Source: a virus. Taken from it: DNA of 64,000 bases. Each line of letters begins with the position of its first letter. Within the stretch, counting starts at the first letter, position 1. The notes under the pieces were generated by a model, which was not told the DNA's origin, searched no databases, and saw nothing but the letters and a program-made list of their open reading frames with translations. Of the stretch, positions 1-9,296 are shown one piece after another. The position numbers and the translations under genes were made by a program. Where the stretch lies: the IMG/VR virus record IMGVR_UViG_3300031541_000022, positions 41,155-105,154 of that record; one strand, given 5' to 3'.

Positions 1-2
1 AC

Positions 3-425
3 ACATACAACTCACGTATATACCTAGCAGGTAAGCATACTTGGGAACCAATTACAATTGAACTACGTGATGATGTTACATCAGCAACCAGCACATTGTT
101 CGACCAGCAAGTTGCACGTCAGATTGATATGGCTAACCAGAGCAGCGTACAAGCTGGTGTAAGCTACAAGTTCGAAACAGTTATTGAAAACCTTAACGGT
201 GGCAACCCAGACCCAACTGTCCTAGACAGCTGGTTCCTAAGCGGTTGCTACATTTCAAACTTGACATACAACGACACAAACTACGGTTCAGGCGGCGAAT
301 ACCAAACTATCTCCGTACAGATCCGTTACGACAACGCAGCGCACAGCGCAGCAGGCTTCGCTGATACACTTAGCGAGCCAGTGTTTAGCACTGATCCTAA
401 CACTCAGGGCAACGCAACAACCTAA
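3..425 (+). CDS. Tail tube protein (T4 gp19-like), 5'-truncated by the window edge
   Basis: Frame open from nt 3 (TYNSRIYLAGKHTWEPITIELRDD...) through the tracked ORF; W-x-P-I-T-I and C-terminal ISVQIRYDNA are typical of gp19-like tubes. Confidence 0.8.
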   Translation, partial: TYNSRIYLAGKHTWEPITIELRDDVTSATSTLFDQQVARQIDMANQSSVQAGVSYKFETVIENLNGGNPDPTVLDSWFLSGCYISNLTYNDTNYGSGGEYQTISVQIRYDNAAHSAAGFADTLSEPVFSTDPNTQGNATT

Positions 426-440
426 TAGGTTTGTGATTAT

Positions 441-460
441 GGGAAGCCTAAGGGCTTCCC
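441..460 (+). terminator. Hairpin after tail tube gene
   Basis: GGGAAGCC-TAAG-GGCTTCCC perfect 8-bp inverted repeat; no clear U-tract. Confidence 0.5.
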
Positions 461-481
461 GTACCACCTGGAGTAGAATAA

Positions 482-1129
482 ATGGCAATCAGAAACTTTG
501 CATCAGAATCATTTGGCGTTGGAGGAGGATCAGAACTAGCGCCGCGCCAAAAGTTTCAAGTCCAACTACTTCTCTTTCTAAGAAATGAAACTGCAATAGC
601 CTTTAATCGTATTGCTAGCGTAACCGCAGCAAGTTACAGTGTTGACGGGCAGTTGATGAATCAATATAACAAAAAGCGTTTTGTTCAGACCCGTCTTAAC
701 TATGATCCAATTACTGTAAACTTTTACGACACCTATGACAATCAGTGGCATCAGGTTTGGGAAAGATACACTGAGTTTTATTTTAATGACAATTTAGGTA
801 TTGGTACCCGTGGTAGTTTTGAAGGAACAGACACAACTGATCCTAACTTTGAAACTGAACTAGGATTTACTCCTAATCCTAGTAGATACTTCTTTGAATC
901 AATTCAAATTTCTCAAGCAGGTTCAGTTGAAGGCACAACAAGAATCACCACCCTAAATAAGCCACATATTGTTAGTATGCAAGGTGATACGCTAGATTAT
1001 AGTGACAGCAATCCAGCGATGTTTACTGTTACCTTCCAGCCTGAAAACACACAAGTTGAATACGTGCCAGGTAGTGATGGCGCAATTGGATTTGGGTTTA
1101 ATTCAGGAACCTCTAACTTCACTGTCTAA
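482..1129 (+). CDS. Tail-tube-like / baseplate tube initiator protein
   Basis: gp19-fold-like motifs (YDPITVNFYDT, DYSDSNPAMFTVTF); next to the tube gene; SD GGAG. Confidence 0.55.
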   Translation: MAIRNFASESFGVGGGSELAPRQKFQVQLLLFLRNETAIAFNRIASVTAASYSVDGQLMNQYNKKRFVQTRLNYDPITVNFYDTYDNQWHQVWERYTEFYFNDNLGIGTRGSFEGTDTTDPNFETELGFTPNPSRYFFESIQISQAGSVEGTTRITTLNKPHIVSMQGDTLDYSDSNPAMFTVTFQPENTQVEYVPGSDGAIGFGFNSGTSNFTV

Positions 1130-1132
1130 TCA

Positions 1133-1139
1133 ATAAATA
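1133..1139 (+). promoter_or_regulatory. T4-late-like promoter, ATG 5 nt downstream (leaderless)
   Basis: ATAAATA-N5-ATG(1145), no SD. Confidence 0.7.
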
Positions 1140-1144
1140 TCGGT

Positions 1145-1627
1145 ATGGCAACGTATCAACAGGGCAATTATCAGCCTAAAAACGTAGAAAAGTACATAGG
1201 CAAGCATATTCCCAAGTACCGTAGTGGCTGGGAATTGCAGTTCATGCGTATGTGCGACAATCATCCTGCCATTTTACAATGGGCAAGTGAGAGTCATCGC
1301 ATCCCCTACATCAATCCAATTACAGGCAAACGCAGCAATTATATTCCAGACTTCTTTGTGATCTACATGGACAAGGAAGGCAAAAAACATGCTGAGTTGG
1401 TAGAGGTCAAGCCAAGCGGTCAAATGGTTGGTGAAGCTAAGGGTCAATATGATCAAGCCATGGCAGTGATAAACGAAGCCAAATGGCGTGCCGCCAGATT
1501 ATTTTCTAAACAAATGGGAATTGGATTCAGAGTAATAACTGAGCGTGAAATTTTCAATCGCCCACCCAAGAGCACTCGACAGAAAAAACCAAAAATTTCT
1601 AAAAGAAAGATAAATAAACGTAGCTAA
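1145..1627 (+). CDS. Head completion nuclease (T4 gp4-like, TnsA-type PD-(D/E)XK)
   Basis: YRSGWE...WASE...IPY...YIPDF...VEVKP motifs. Confidence 0.85.
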   Translation: MATYQQGNYQPKNVEKYIGKHIPKYRSGWELQFMRMCDNHPAILQWASESHRIPYINPITGKRSNYIPDFFVIYMDKEGKKHAELVEVKPSGQMVGEAKGQYDQAMAVINEAKWRAARLFSKQMGIGFRVITEREIFNRPPKSTRQKKPKISKRKINKRS

Positions 1628-1635
1628 AAGGAATT

Positions 1636-2426
1636 ATGCAAATGTTTTATGTTTATCTTTATATTGATCCAAGAAATCAAAAACCATTTTATGTTGGAAA
1701 AGGATCTGGTAATCGTATGTATGAACATTTGAACGAAACAATTGAAATAACAATTAATAAGCGTAAATTTTTCAGGATACAGTCTATTCTAAGACAAGGA
1801 TTGGAACCAATCATTCTTAAAGATCGTGATTTATTGTTGAGTCAGAAGCGTATGAATATGAAAAGTCCTTAATACAGAAATATGGACGAAAGGATTATGA
1901 CGAGAATGGTATCTTGACCAATATATCTTTAGATTCTAATCCACCAAATCGAAAAGGATGTAAATTAACTGAAGATCAAATTGAATCTATGCGTGGTCGA
2001 AAAATGCCTGAACATGTTCGACAAATGATGCTCGGAAGAATTCCTTGGAATAAAGGAATCCAGACTGGTCCGATGCCTGATAATGTGAAGGAAAAGATTG
2101 GCTCTGCTAATAAAGGAAAAACTCTATCTGATGAAACGAAAGAAAAAATTCGACAAGCCAGACTGGGCGTAAAAAAGTCTGATGAAACTCGACAAAAAAT
2201 GTCAAAAAATATGAAGGGACGGGTTCCTTGGAATAAAGGACAAAATGGTAAACAAAAATCATGGAAAAGACAAAAATGTGTATTTGTGTCACCAGATGGA
2301 AAAGAATATCAATTTGAATCACAATCAGAAGGATGTAAAGAATTAAATCTTCCACCTTCTAAGATGAGTAACGTTTTAACAGGAAAAATTGAAAACTACC
2401 ACGGTTGGACAGGATACAAGTTATGA
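1636..2426 (+). pseudogene. GIY-YIG homing endonuclease with NUMOD3-like tail, split by a -1 frameshift near 1830-1838
   Basis: FYVYLYIDPRN..PFYVGKG in one frame continues as ESEAYEYEKSLIQKYGR..ILTNI in the -1 frame; AT-rich. Confidence 0.75.
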
Positions 2427-2749
2427 GATTATTTGAGATATCTGATCAAAGTTATTATCATGTCGGAAAATTAAAATACAAAAACCAAATTTTGAAAAAT
2501 GGACTATTACCACAAAATATAAATGACTTAAATGAAGAACAACGACTTGATGAAGTAGGCGTCCTCAGCAGTTGGATTCAAGACCTCACCTACAAGAACG
2601 GTGACGTTATTATGACGTTGTTGAATGGACGCAGCTATAGAATTTTGGCAGTGCCTGAGGGTGTATACCGCTGGTGGATTAAAGCACCAAGCAAAGGTAA
2701 GTTTTGGCACAGTCACATCAGGGGCAATTACAGAGTGAGTAGATTATGA
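2423..2749 (+). CDS. KTSC-like domain protein with MRLFEI N-terminus
   Basis: SSWIQDLTY..G..Y..LAVPEGVY..WIKAPSKGKFW..HIRGNY resembles the KTSC pattern; ATG 2423 overlaps the upstream stop. Confidence 0.6.
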   Translation: MRLFEISDQSYYHVGKLKYKNQILKNGLLPQNINDLNEEQRLDEVGVLSSWIQDLTYKNGDVIMTLLNGRSYRILAVPEGVYRWWIKAPSKGKFWHSHIRGNYRVSRL

Positions 2750-3048
2750 CTAATAGAATGAAATCAACTCTATCAAATCTGACAGAAAACGAAAAGAGAC
2801 AACGTGTATTAAACTCATGCTGTTCACCAGAGTCATATACCAAAGAACGTTCTCAAAAAATTAGTCAGTCATTGACTGGTCGGAAGTTAACTGATGAATA
2901 TCGTAAGAAAATATCTGAAAACAAAAGAAAATTAGCTCAATCACTAAGTGAAAACGAACGGGCTGATCGTTATGGAAAACAAAATAAAGGACGAACTTGG
3001 AAACTTGTAGATGGCAAGAGAAAATGGTTTGATAAAGGTGGATACTAA
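2746..3048 (+). CDS. Homing-endonuclease DNA-binding remnant (no nuclease domain)
   Basis: NUMOD3-like KISQSLTGRKLTDEYRKKISE; C-terminus KGRTWKLVDGKRKWFDK nearly identical to that of the 4106 ORF. Confidence 0.55.
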   Translation: MTNRMKSTLSNLTENEKRQRVLNSCCSPESYTKERSQKISQSLTGRKLTDEYRKKISENKRKLAQSLSENERADRYGKQNKGRTWKLVDGKRKWFDKGGY

Positions 3049-3581
3049 TGACAAAGAAATTGTGTGAGACGTTTAATTTACCACCAATGGATCTACCTGA
3101 AGTAAAGGACGAAGATCTTGAGGAAGTTGAAGGTTATACAGAAGACCAAATGCATGAGATCATGGAACGAGCAGACAAAATTGATGCAGCACTTCCACAA
3201 GTTGGCGGACTAGACAATATTGATGCAGATTATGACGAGTATGCACGTAAGGCAATCGAGACATTTGACGATCTCGTTGACCTGGGTAAAAACGTTGAAG
3301 ACCGTCATGCAGCAGACATCTTTAATGCAGCTAGCAGTATGATGGGCAACGCCCTAAACGCCAAGACTAACAAAGCACAAAAGAAGCTAGAGATGGTCAA
3401 GTTACAAATACAAAAAGCCAAATTAGAACACGAAAACGAAAAGCTGGATTATCTCAAGAAGCGTCATCTCAAATCAGCTGACGGCGTTACACCTGAGGAA
3501 ACTGAAGGTCAGATCATTGCGACACGCAACGATATGCTCAACGGCATTCTCGCAGGCATAAAAAGAGACGATGACACATAA
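3048..3581 (+). CDS. Putative small terminase subunit
   Basis: Acidic N-terminus, helical DYDEYAR..FDDLVDLG core, coiled coil, TRNDML tail; upstream of the large terminase. Confidence 0.45.
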   Translation: MTKKLCETFNLPPMDLPEVKDEDLEEVEGYTEDQMHEIMERADKIDAALPQVGGLDNIDADYDEYARKAIETFDDLVDLGKNVEDRHAADIFNAASSMMGNALNAKTNKAQKKLEMVKLQIQKAKLEHENEKLDYLKKRHLKSADGVTPEETEGQIIATRNDMLNGILAGIKRDDDT

Positions 3582-3584
3582 ATA
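3578..3584 (+). promoter_or_regulatory. T4-late-like promoter
   Basis: ATAAATA, followed by SD AGGAG and ATG 3606. Confidence 0.6.
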
Positions 3585-3605
3585 CCATATAACCAGGAGA
3601 CTCCT

Positions 3606-4109
3606 ATGACTAAAAAACTAGGGCAATATTTGGCAGAAAACGAAGCCGTCCACGAATTCCGTGTTAAGATGGCATGTGAGCCAACAGATAAGCAGCTCGA
3701 CGCATTGGAGTTGCACCTACGCAAATATGAAGGGTTCGATGTTGGAACCCCACAAAAAACAATCATGCAGCGTAACCCACGCGATTTCCGTAGCATTGAT
3801 GCAGCAGAAGTTTACATGGTTGACTTTAAGACACGCCAGCCAGCTAGCCCACAACATTTGCTAGCTGAGATTTCAGAAAAGACTGGCATCCACGAACGCT
3901 TCCTAGTGGTGCGCAATAAAATGGAATCTCTACATATTGAGGACGAAGCGCAGGGACTACCTGAGGAAGATTACCACACACGCCTAACGGACGCTGAATA
4001 CAGCGAAGTCGAACAATCTAACCCAGATGATTATTATGGTGAACAGTTTAAAGACTCATTCATTAAAGAGATTGCCAAAGAGCGCAAGGGCCTGAGTAAA
4101 GAAAAATGA
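3606..4109 (+). CDS. Hypothetical late protein
   Basis: Good SD; codon usage like neighbouring core genes. Confidence 0.7.
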   Translation: MTKKLGQYLAENEAVHEFRVKMACEPTDKQLDALELHLRKYEGFDVGTPQKTIMQRNPRDFRSIDAAEVYMVDFKTRQPASPQHLLAEISEKTGIHERFLVVRNKMESLHIEDEAQGLPEEDYHTRLTDAEYSEVEQSNPDDYYGEQFKDSFIKEIAKERKGLSKEK

Positions 4110-4525
4110 TTCCATATACCTATCATATTTTTCATAGGCCTACTCAACAGCATTATTATGGAGTAAAGTTTGCACGAGATGCTGATCCTGAACTGTTCTG
4201 GAAAACATATTTTACATCTTCAGACAAGGTTAAGATTTTAATTGAACAGTATGGTATTAAATCTTTTGATGTTAGCATTCGTCGAACGTTTTATACTGCG
4301 AAGGAAGCGATTTTATGGGAAACAAAATTTCTGAATAAAATTGATGATAAAATCAAAACATTTAGTAAACCTCATAATGATATTACTAAACAAAAGATAG
4401 CAGAATCTAGAACAGGAATTTGTCATTCTACTCTAACAAAAGACAAAATTAGCAAGGCACATAAAGGTAAGACTTGGCGTATAGTAGACGGCAAGCGTAA
4501 ATGGTTTGATAAGGAGAATATATAA
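4106..4525 (+). CDS. Seg-like GIY-YIG endonuclease, probably internally deleted
   Basis: YTY..YYGVK...YFTSS...AILWE motifs, then an abrupt jump to the NUMOD tail. Confidence 0.6.
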   Translation: MIPYTYHIFHRPTQQHYYGVKFARDADPELFWKTYFTSSDKVKILIEQYGIKSFDVSIRRTFYTAKEAILWETKFLNKIDDKIKTFSKPHNDITKQKIAESRTGICHSTLTKDKISKAHKGKTWRIVDGKRKWFDKENI

Positions 4526-5214
4526 TGTCAGATCTCAATAGGCTACGCGAGCTTGCAGGAACAGGCGCGCCAAAATCAACAGAAAACATTACAGGAAACA
4601 TGTACGAACTACGTGACATGTTAAACGAATCATTAATTAATGAATCAAAAAACTGGACAGTTATACAATCATCTTTGGGCAGATATCGAATCGGAGATTC
4701 TAAATCTCAGACTTGGCATCCAGTAACAAAACTATTTAAGTCCAAGGAAGAAGCACAAGATTGGCTCAACAATTGGAAAAAAGAAAATGTAAAAGAGGCA
4801 GCTAAGCCTGACTTTGCAGACATCGACGGCGATGGCGACAAAGAAGAGGATATGAAAGACGCTGCTAAGAACAAAGAAAAAACAGACGAAGCAGTTGAAA
4901 TTGAAGAAGGTGAAAAGCCTGATTTCCTTAAAAAAGACGACGACGAGGATGATAAGGATAAGACTGATGAGTCTTATGATCACCTTGATGAAATGGGCAA
5001 GTTTATCAAAATGGCTGAATGGGCAAATTCACCGGGCAACCAATATGAAGACCGTGGTCATTACCAAGAGCAGCCAGAAGGCGAAACAGTTGACTTGAGC
5101 CTACGTCGTTATCTTAATGCAGATGCGCACCCTGTTAAAATTGAAGAAGACATTGACCCAGAAAACCTAATTAAGGATTATAAATCATTTAAGGGGTCAG
5201 ACAGCGCGGAGTAA
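4525..5214 (+). CDS. Acidic probable prohead core / internal head protein
   Basis: RLRELAG N-terminus, LNESLINES putative cleavage sites, KPDFADIDGDGDKEE motif. Confidence 0.5.
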   Translation: MSDLNRLRELAGTGAPKSTENITGNMYELRDMLNESLINESKNWTVIQSSLGRYRIGDSKSQTWHPVTKLFKSKEEAQDWLNNWKKENVKEAAKPDFADIDGDGDKEEDMKDAAKNKEKTDEAVEIEEGEKPDFLKKDDDEDDKDKTDESYDHLDEMGKFIKMAEWANSPGNQYEDRGHYQEQPEGETVDLSLRRYLNADAHPVKIEEDIDPENLIKDYKSFKGSDSAE

Positions 5215-5217
5215 TAT

Positions 5218-6774
5218 ATGTCCGTAAACACAGACCTAGTCAAGAAGCCGTATACCACGGAGTCATTGACACAGAGTGAATTGCGTGAATTAGCACTTTG
5301 CTCAATTAATCCGCTTTACTTCATTAGAAACTATTGTTACATTCAGCATCCTACCAAAGGTAGGATGCCCTTCACCCTTTTTGATTACCAGGAAGGGCTC
5401 ATTAACAGTTATAACGATTACCGCTACTCAATCAGCCTTCTCAGCCGCCAGACTGGCAAGTCAACATGTGCGGCTGCATACTTGCTTTGGTTTGCAATGT
5501 TTAAGCCAGACAGCACAATCCTAGTTGCAGCACACAAGCGTGACGGCGCGCAAGAGATTATGACACGATTGCGTTATATGTATGAGAGTTGCCCAGACAA
5601 CATCAGAGCGGGCGTGACAGCGTATAACAAAGGATCATTAGAGTTTGACAACGGCAGCAAAATTATTGCACAAGCGACCACAGAAAACACCGGACGCGGT
5701 TTGTCACTCTCACTAGTTTACTTGGACGAATTTGCATTCGTTCCACCTAGAGTTGCAGAGGAGTTTTGGACCTCTATTTCACCTACACTTAGCACCGGTG
5801 GTAAGTGTATCATTACTTCAACCCCAAACCAAGATGACGACCAGTTTGCACAAATTTGGAAACAGGCTAACAAGCGTGTTGATGATTATGGCAATGAAAC
5901 TGAAGTCGGCACCAATGGTTTCCGTCCATATTTGGTTAAATGGGATCAGCACCCAGATCGTAACCAAGAGTGGGCAGATGCGGAACGCGCAAAGATTGGT
6001 GATGAGCGTTTCCGTCGTGAACATGAATGCGAGTTTATTGCGTTCGACGAAACATTGATCAACTCCGTTTTCCTAAGCGAAATGGATTTGGGAATGGAAC
6101 CCATGCGCAAGCATGGTCAAGTTCGTTGGTATGACACCATACAAGACGATCAGACATATCTAGTGGCACTAGATCCTAGCCTAGGAACAGGCGGCGACCC
6201 GGCTGCTATTCAAATATTTGCTATTCCTGGAATGCGCCAGGTTGGTGAATGGCAACACAATAAGACACCAGTTCAAATGCAGATCAAAATATTGAAGAGT
6301 ATTCTGGAAGAAATTGAAAGTGAAGCACTGAATAGTGAGATCTACTATAGCGTAGAAAACAATACGCTAGGTGAAGCAGCACTTGTTTCTATCGATGAAA
6401 TGGGTGAGGAAGAACTTCCAGGAACCTTCCTTAGCGAGCCGAAACGTCGGGGTAACGTAAGGCGCTTCAGAAAAGGATTTAATACGACACACTCCACGAA
6501 ATTGGCAGCATGTGCCAAACTGAAGAGATGGGTTGAAGAAGAAACAATGAAGATTCGCAGTAAGAATCTCACTCGCGAGCTTAAAACATTCGTGGCCAGG
6601 GGGAACAGCTATGCAGCCAAGGAGGGAGAAACAGACGATTTGGTCATGGCAACCCTTTTGGCTGTCCGCATGGCGATGCAGATTGCAAAATATGACGAAG
6701 AGGCGTTTCAGGATTTGAAGGATAGCTTTGACGAAACAGAACTGCGTCGACCTATGCCTATCGGAATACTGTGA
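5218..6774 (+). CDS. terL: Terminase large subunit (T4 gp17-like)
   Basis: Walker A SRQTGKST, Walker B VYLDEFAF, TSTP motif, RNase H-like nuclease VALDPSLG and DDLVMA. Confidence 0.95.
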   Translation: MSVNTDLVKKPYTTESLTQSELRELALCSINPLYFIRNYCYIQHPTKGRMPFTLFDYQEGLINSYNDYRYSISLLSRQTGKSTCAAAYLLWFAMFKPDSTILVAAHKRDGAQEIMTRLRYMYESCPDNIRAGVTAYNKGSLEFDNGSKIIAQATTENTGRGLSLSLVYLDEFAFVPPRVAEEFWTSISPTLSTGGKCIITSTPNQDDDQFAQIWKQANKRVDDYGNETEVGTNGFRPYLVKWDQHPDRNQEWADAERAKIGDERFRREHECEFIAFDETLINSVFLSEMDLGMEPMRKHGQVRWYDTIQDDQTYLVALDPSLGTGGDPAAIQIFAIPGMRQVGEWQHNKTPVQMQIKILKSILEEIESEALNSEIYYSVENNTLGEAALVSIDEMGEEELPGTFLSEPKRRGNVRRFRKGFNTTHSTKLAACAKLKRWVEEETMKIRSKNLTRELKTFVARGNSYAAKEGETDDLVMATLLAVRMAMQIAKYDEEAFQDLKDSFDETELRRPMPIGIL

Positions 6775-6777
6775 TTG

Positions 6778-6785
6778 TATAAATA
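6778..6785 (+). promoter_or_regulatory. T4-late-like promoter, leaderless
   Basis: TATAAATA-N5-ATG(6791), no SD. Confidence 0.7.
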
Positions 6786-6790
6786 TCATT

Positions 6791-8113
6791 ATGGTAACAG
6801 CGGTAGAAAACATTGCAGAACAACTATTCAAAACCATTAAAGGTTTTGGACACAACATAGTCATGTTTACAGATGACGGTAAAAAGACTGTAGACCCAAC
6901 AGAAGCACGCCGCTTCTATGCGAAGGATATTCGCATGATGGTCAATCTCATTGTTGATGAGACAACTAATGAGATTGTTGTTAACTTGAGCCAAGATACT
7001 GATCTTGAAGAGGTTAAGCCAATGTTGGCCGCTATAAGAAATCTAGCCAACCGTCACATTATTGAGTACACATTAAAGACATTTGGCAAAAATATTGAAC
7101 CCAGGGACTTCGCATACATGGCAAAAAATAAAGTAGATGAAGGCTTCAGCGGCTGGCATGGGTCAGCGCGTAAAAGCGTAAACGAACTAGGAGATGCCCG
7201 CATCATCGTCAAGCACAAACGCAGCGTTGACGAAGAGAAGCGCGGCGCCCGCACACGACAGATTGAAAGCATTTTCATTGAGAACGCAGAAGGTGAACGC
7301 TTTAAGTTTCCAAGCACAAACATCACCGCAGCTAAGGCAATGGCACGTCACGTACAAGAAGGCGGCGCACCATTTGATGACTTTGGTCAGCACATCTACG
7401 GTATCATGGAAGAGCTAAACCAACTCAAGAAATTCCACCGTAAGAGCAGCCGTAACGACTTCTTTGAAGATGCATCAGTAAATGAAGAGATTGGGTCACA
7501 CATCGGCAACCTACGCGGCAGCCTCAAGTCAATGTCAACACCACGAGGTTACAAAACTGCAATGGAAAGCTATGTCAAGGAGCAGGAAGATGTATCACAA
7601 GAGCGCATTGATGAGCTCAAGGATGCAGCTACAGTCAGCTACTTCGACGAGAGCATTGCAGACAGCCTACCATATGTTGCGCGTGTGATTGAGACAATGC
7701 GCGGACGTCAGGCTAAAGAAGCTGAGATCATGGACCTAGCACAATATGTGATGGACAACAAAGACAACATTCAGTTAAACTCACCAATTGACAATGCAGA
7801 TCCAGAAAGCCCAGCAGCACGTAGATTCCGTGATCCTGCAACAGCGTTTGCAGCATGGGTTACATACCTTGCACCAAAGATAAAGGACGACATGCTAGCT
7901 AACAAGCTAATGAAGGCAGCAGACTTTGTCCATGAGGTTGGTGACAAGCATTTGAGAATGGCTGCGGCGGCACTTAACGTGATCCGCCAAAAGGCACAGG
8001 TTGCGGAAGCAACCGACATTGGCGAAGAAAAAGTGGATGTCGAAGAGCAAGAAATAGCTAGAATCGACGAAACATTTGCTAAATACCACGTACAAAAGAT
8101 ATTCGGTGCTTGA
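6791..8113 (+). CDS. Hypothetical late (probable virion) protein
   Basis: Long ORF; start reassigned to ATG 6791 after the late promoter. Confidence 0.7.
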   Translation: MVTAVENIAEQLFKTIKGFGHNIVMFTDDGKKTVDPTEARRFYAKDIRMMVNLIVDETTNEIVVNLSQDTDLEEVKPMLAAIRNLANRHIIEYTLKTFGKNIEPRDFAYMAKNKVDEGFSGWHGSARKSVNELGDARIIVKHKRSVDEEKRGARTRQIESIFIENAEGERFKFPSTNITAAKAMARHVQEGGAPFDDFGQHIYGIMEELNQLKKFHRKSSRNDFFEDASVNEEIGSHIGNLRGSLKSMSTPRGYKTAMESYVKEQEDVSQERIDELKDAATVSYFDESIADSLPYVARVIETMRGRQAKEAEIMDLAQYVMDNKDNIQLNSPIDNADPESPAARRFRDPATAFAAWVTYLAPKIKDDMLANKLMKAADFVHEVGDKHLRMAAAALNVIRQKAQVAEATDIGEEKVDVEEQEIARIDETFAKYHVQKIFGA

Positions 8114-8138
8114 CAGGCACCGAATTCTAGTGTAAATT
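8110..8138 (+). promoter_or_regulatory. Sigma70-like promoter for gp32
   Basis: TTGACA-17-TAAATT. Confidence 0.65.
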
Positions 8139-8228
8139 CAAGAGGTTACATTAAGTAATTTGCTTGATTAGAGAAAACAAGAGCCGGACTACCGGTAACA
8201 AATATAGGCTAATATAGGAGCAGACATT

Positions 8229-9236
8229 ATGGCAACTCTAGCAGAAATCCGCGCGAAGCTTCAAGCGCAAGAAAATAAGCAAAACAGCAAGGGTGGCGGT
8301 TACGATAACGCAATTTACCCTCACTGGAACACTCCCGAAAACGAAACATCAGTTGTAAGGTTCCTCGCAGACGACGACCCTACAAATGACTTCTTCTGGC
8401 GCGAGCGTCAGATGATCAACCTCTCATTCTCAGGCGTTAAAGGCCAGGATGAAGGCAAGCCAGTCACTGTAAAGGTGCCTTGCGTTGAGATGTGGGACGG
8501 ACAGAAGTGCCCAGTGCATCAAGAGATTCGTCCTTGGTTCAAGGACCCGAGCATGGAAGACATGGCTCGCAAATACTGGAAAAAGAAGAGCTATCTCTAC
8601 CAGGGCTTGGTAGTTACTAGCGGCTTCACTGAAGAAGAAACTCCAGAGAACCCAATCCGTCGTTTCATCATCAGCCCACAGATCCACAACATTATCAAGA
8701 ATGCACTTATGGATCCTGACTTTGGTGATGAGATGCCAACTGACTATGACCAGGGTGTTGACTTCCGCATTACAAAGACCAAGAAAGGTCAGTATGCTGA
8801 TTACACAACATCAAGCTGGGCACGTAAAGAGCGCAGCCTGGATCAAGCAGAGCGTGACGCGATTGCTGAACACGGTCATTACAACCTAGTTGACTTTATG
8901 CCAAAGAAGCCAACTGAAGAAGAACTACAAGTTATCTTCGACATGTTCGAAGCAAGTGTAGACGGTGAACTTTACGACCCAGAGCGTTTTGCAGATTTTT
9001 ACCGTCCATATGGCGTCGAGGCGCCATCCAGTGGAGCGAGTAATCGGTCTACTCACACAGAGACGCCCAAAGCTGAACCTGCCGCGGCTGCGAGCGTCCA
9101 GAGTGACCCCGAAGATACCGCAGAGGATGACAACGTTGCAACTGCACCCGTTGAAACTCCAGCGGCATCTGACGGCGGCAGCAAGGATGCAAAAGATATT
9201 CTTGCTGCAATCCGCGCTCGTAAAGAAGCCGGTTAA
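8229..9236 (+). CDS. gp32: Single-stranded DNA-binding protein (T4 gp32-like)
   Basis: MATLAEIRAKL N-terminus, VVRFL, Zn ligands C..CP, DF.I.K...G.Y..Y..S motif, acidic tail. Confidence 0.9.
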   Translation: MATLAEIRAKLQAQENKQNSKGGGYDNAIYPHWNTPENETSVVRFLADDDPTNDFFWRERQMINLSFSGVKGQDEGKPVTVKVPCVEMWDGQKCPVHQEIRPWFKDPSMEDMARKYWKKKSYLYQGLVVTSGFTEEETPENPIRRFIISPQIHNIIKNALMDPDFGDEMPTDYDQGVDFRITKTKKGQYADYTTSSWARKERSLDQAERDAIAEHGHYNLVDFMPKKPTEEELQVIFDMFEASVDGELYDPERFADFYRPYGVEAPSSGASNRSTHTETPKAEPAAAASVQSDPEDTAEDDNVATAPVETPAASDGGSKDAKDILAAIRARKEAG

Positions 9237-9253
9237 TTTCACACTCAAACTTA

Positions 9254-9280
9254 GACCGGGCCATTAGGCCCGGTCCTTTT
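9254..9280 (+). terminator. Rho-independent terminator
   Basis: GACCGGGCC-ATTA-GGCCCGGTC followed by CTTTT. Confidence 0.75.
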
Positions 9281-9296
9281 CCCAGAGGAGAGATTA

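Noticed and set aside
1825-1840. Programmed -1 ribosomal frameshift in the GIY-YIG gene
   Set aside because: No X_XXY_YYZ slippery heptamer or obvious downstream stimulator, and other endonucleases here are also decayed.
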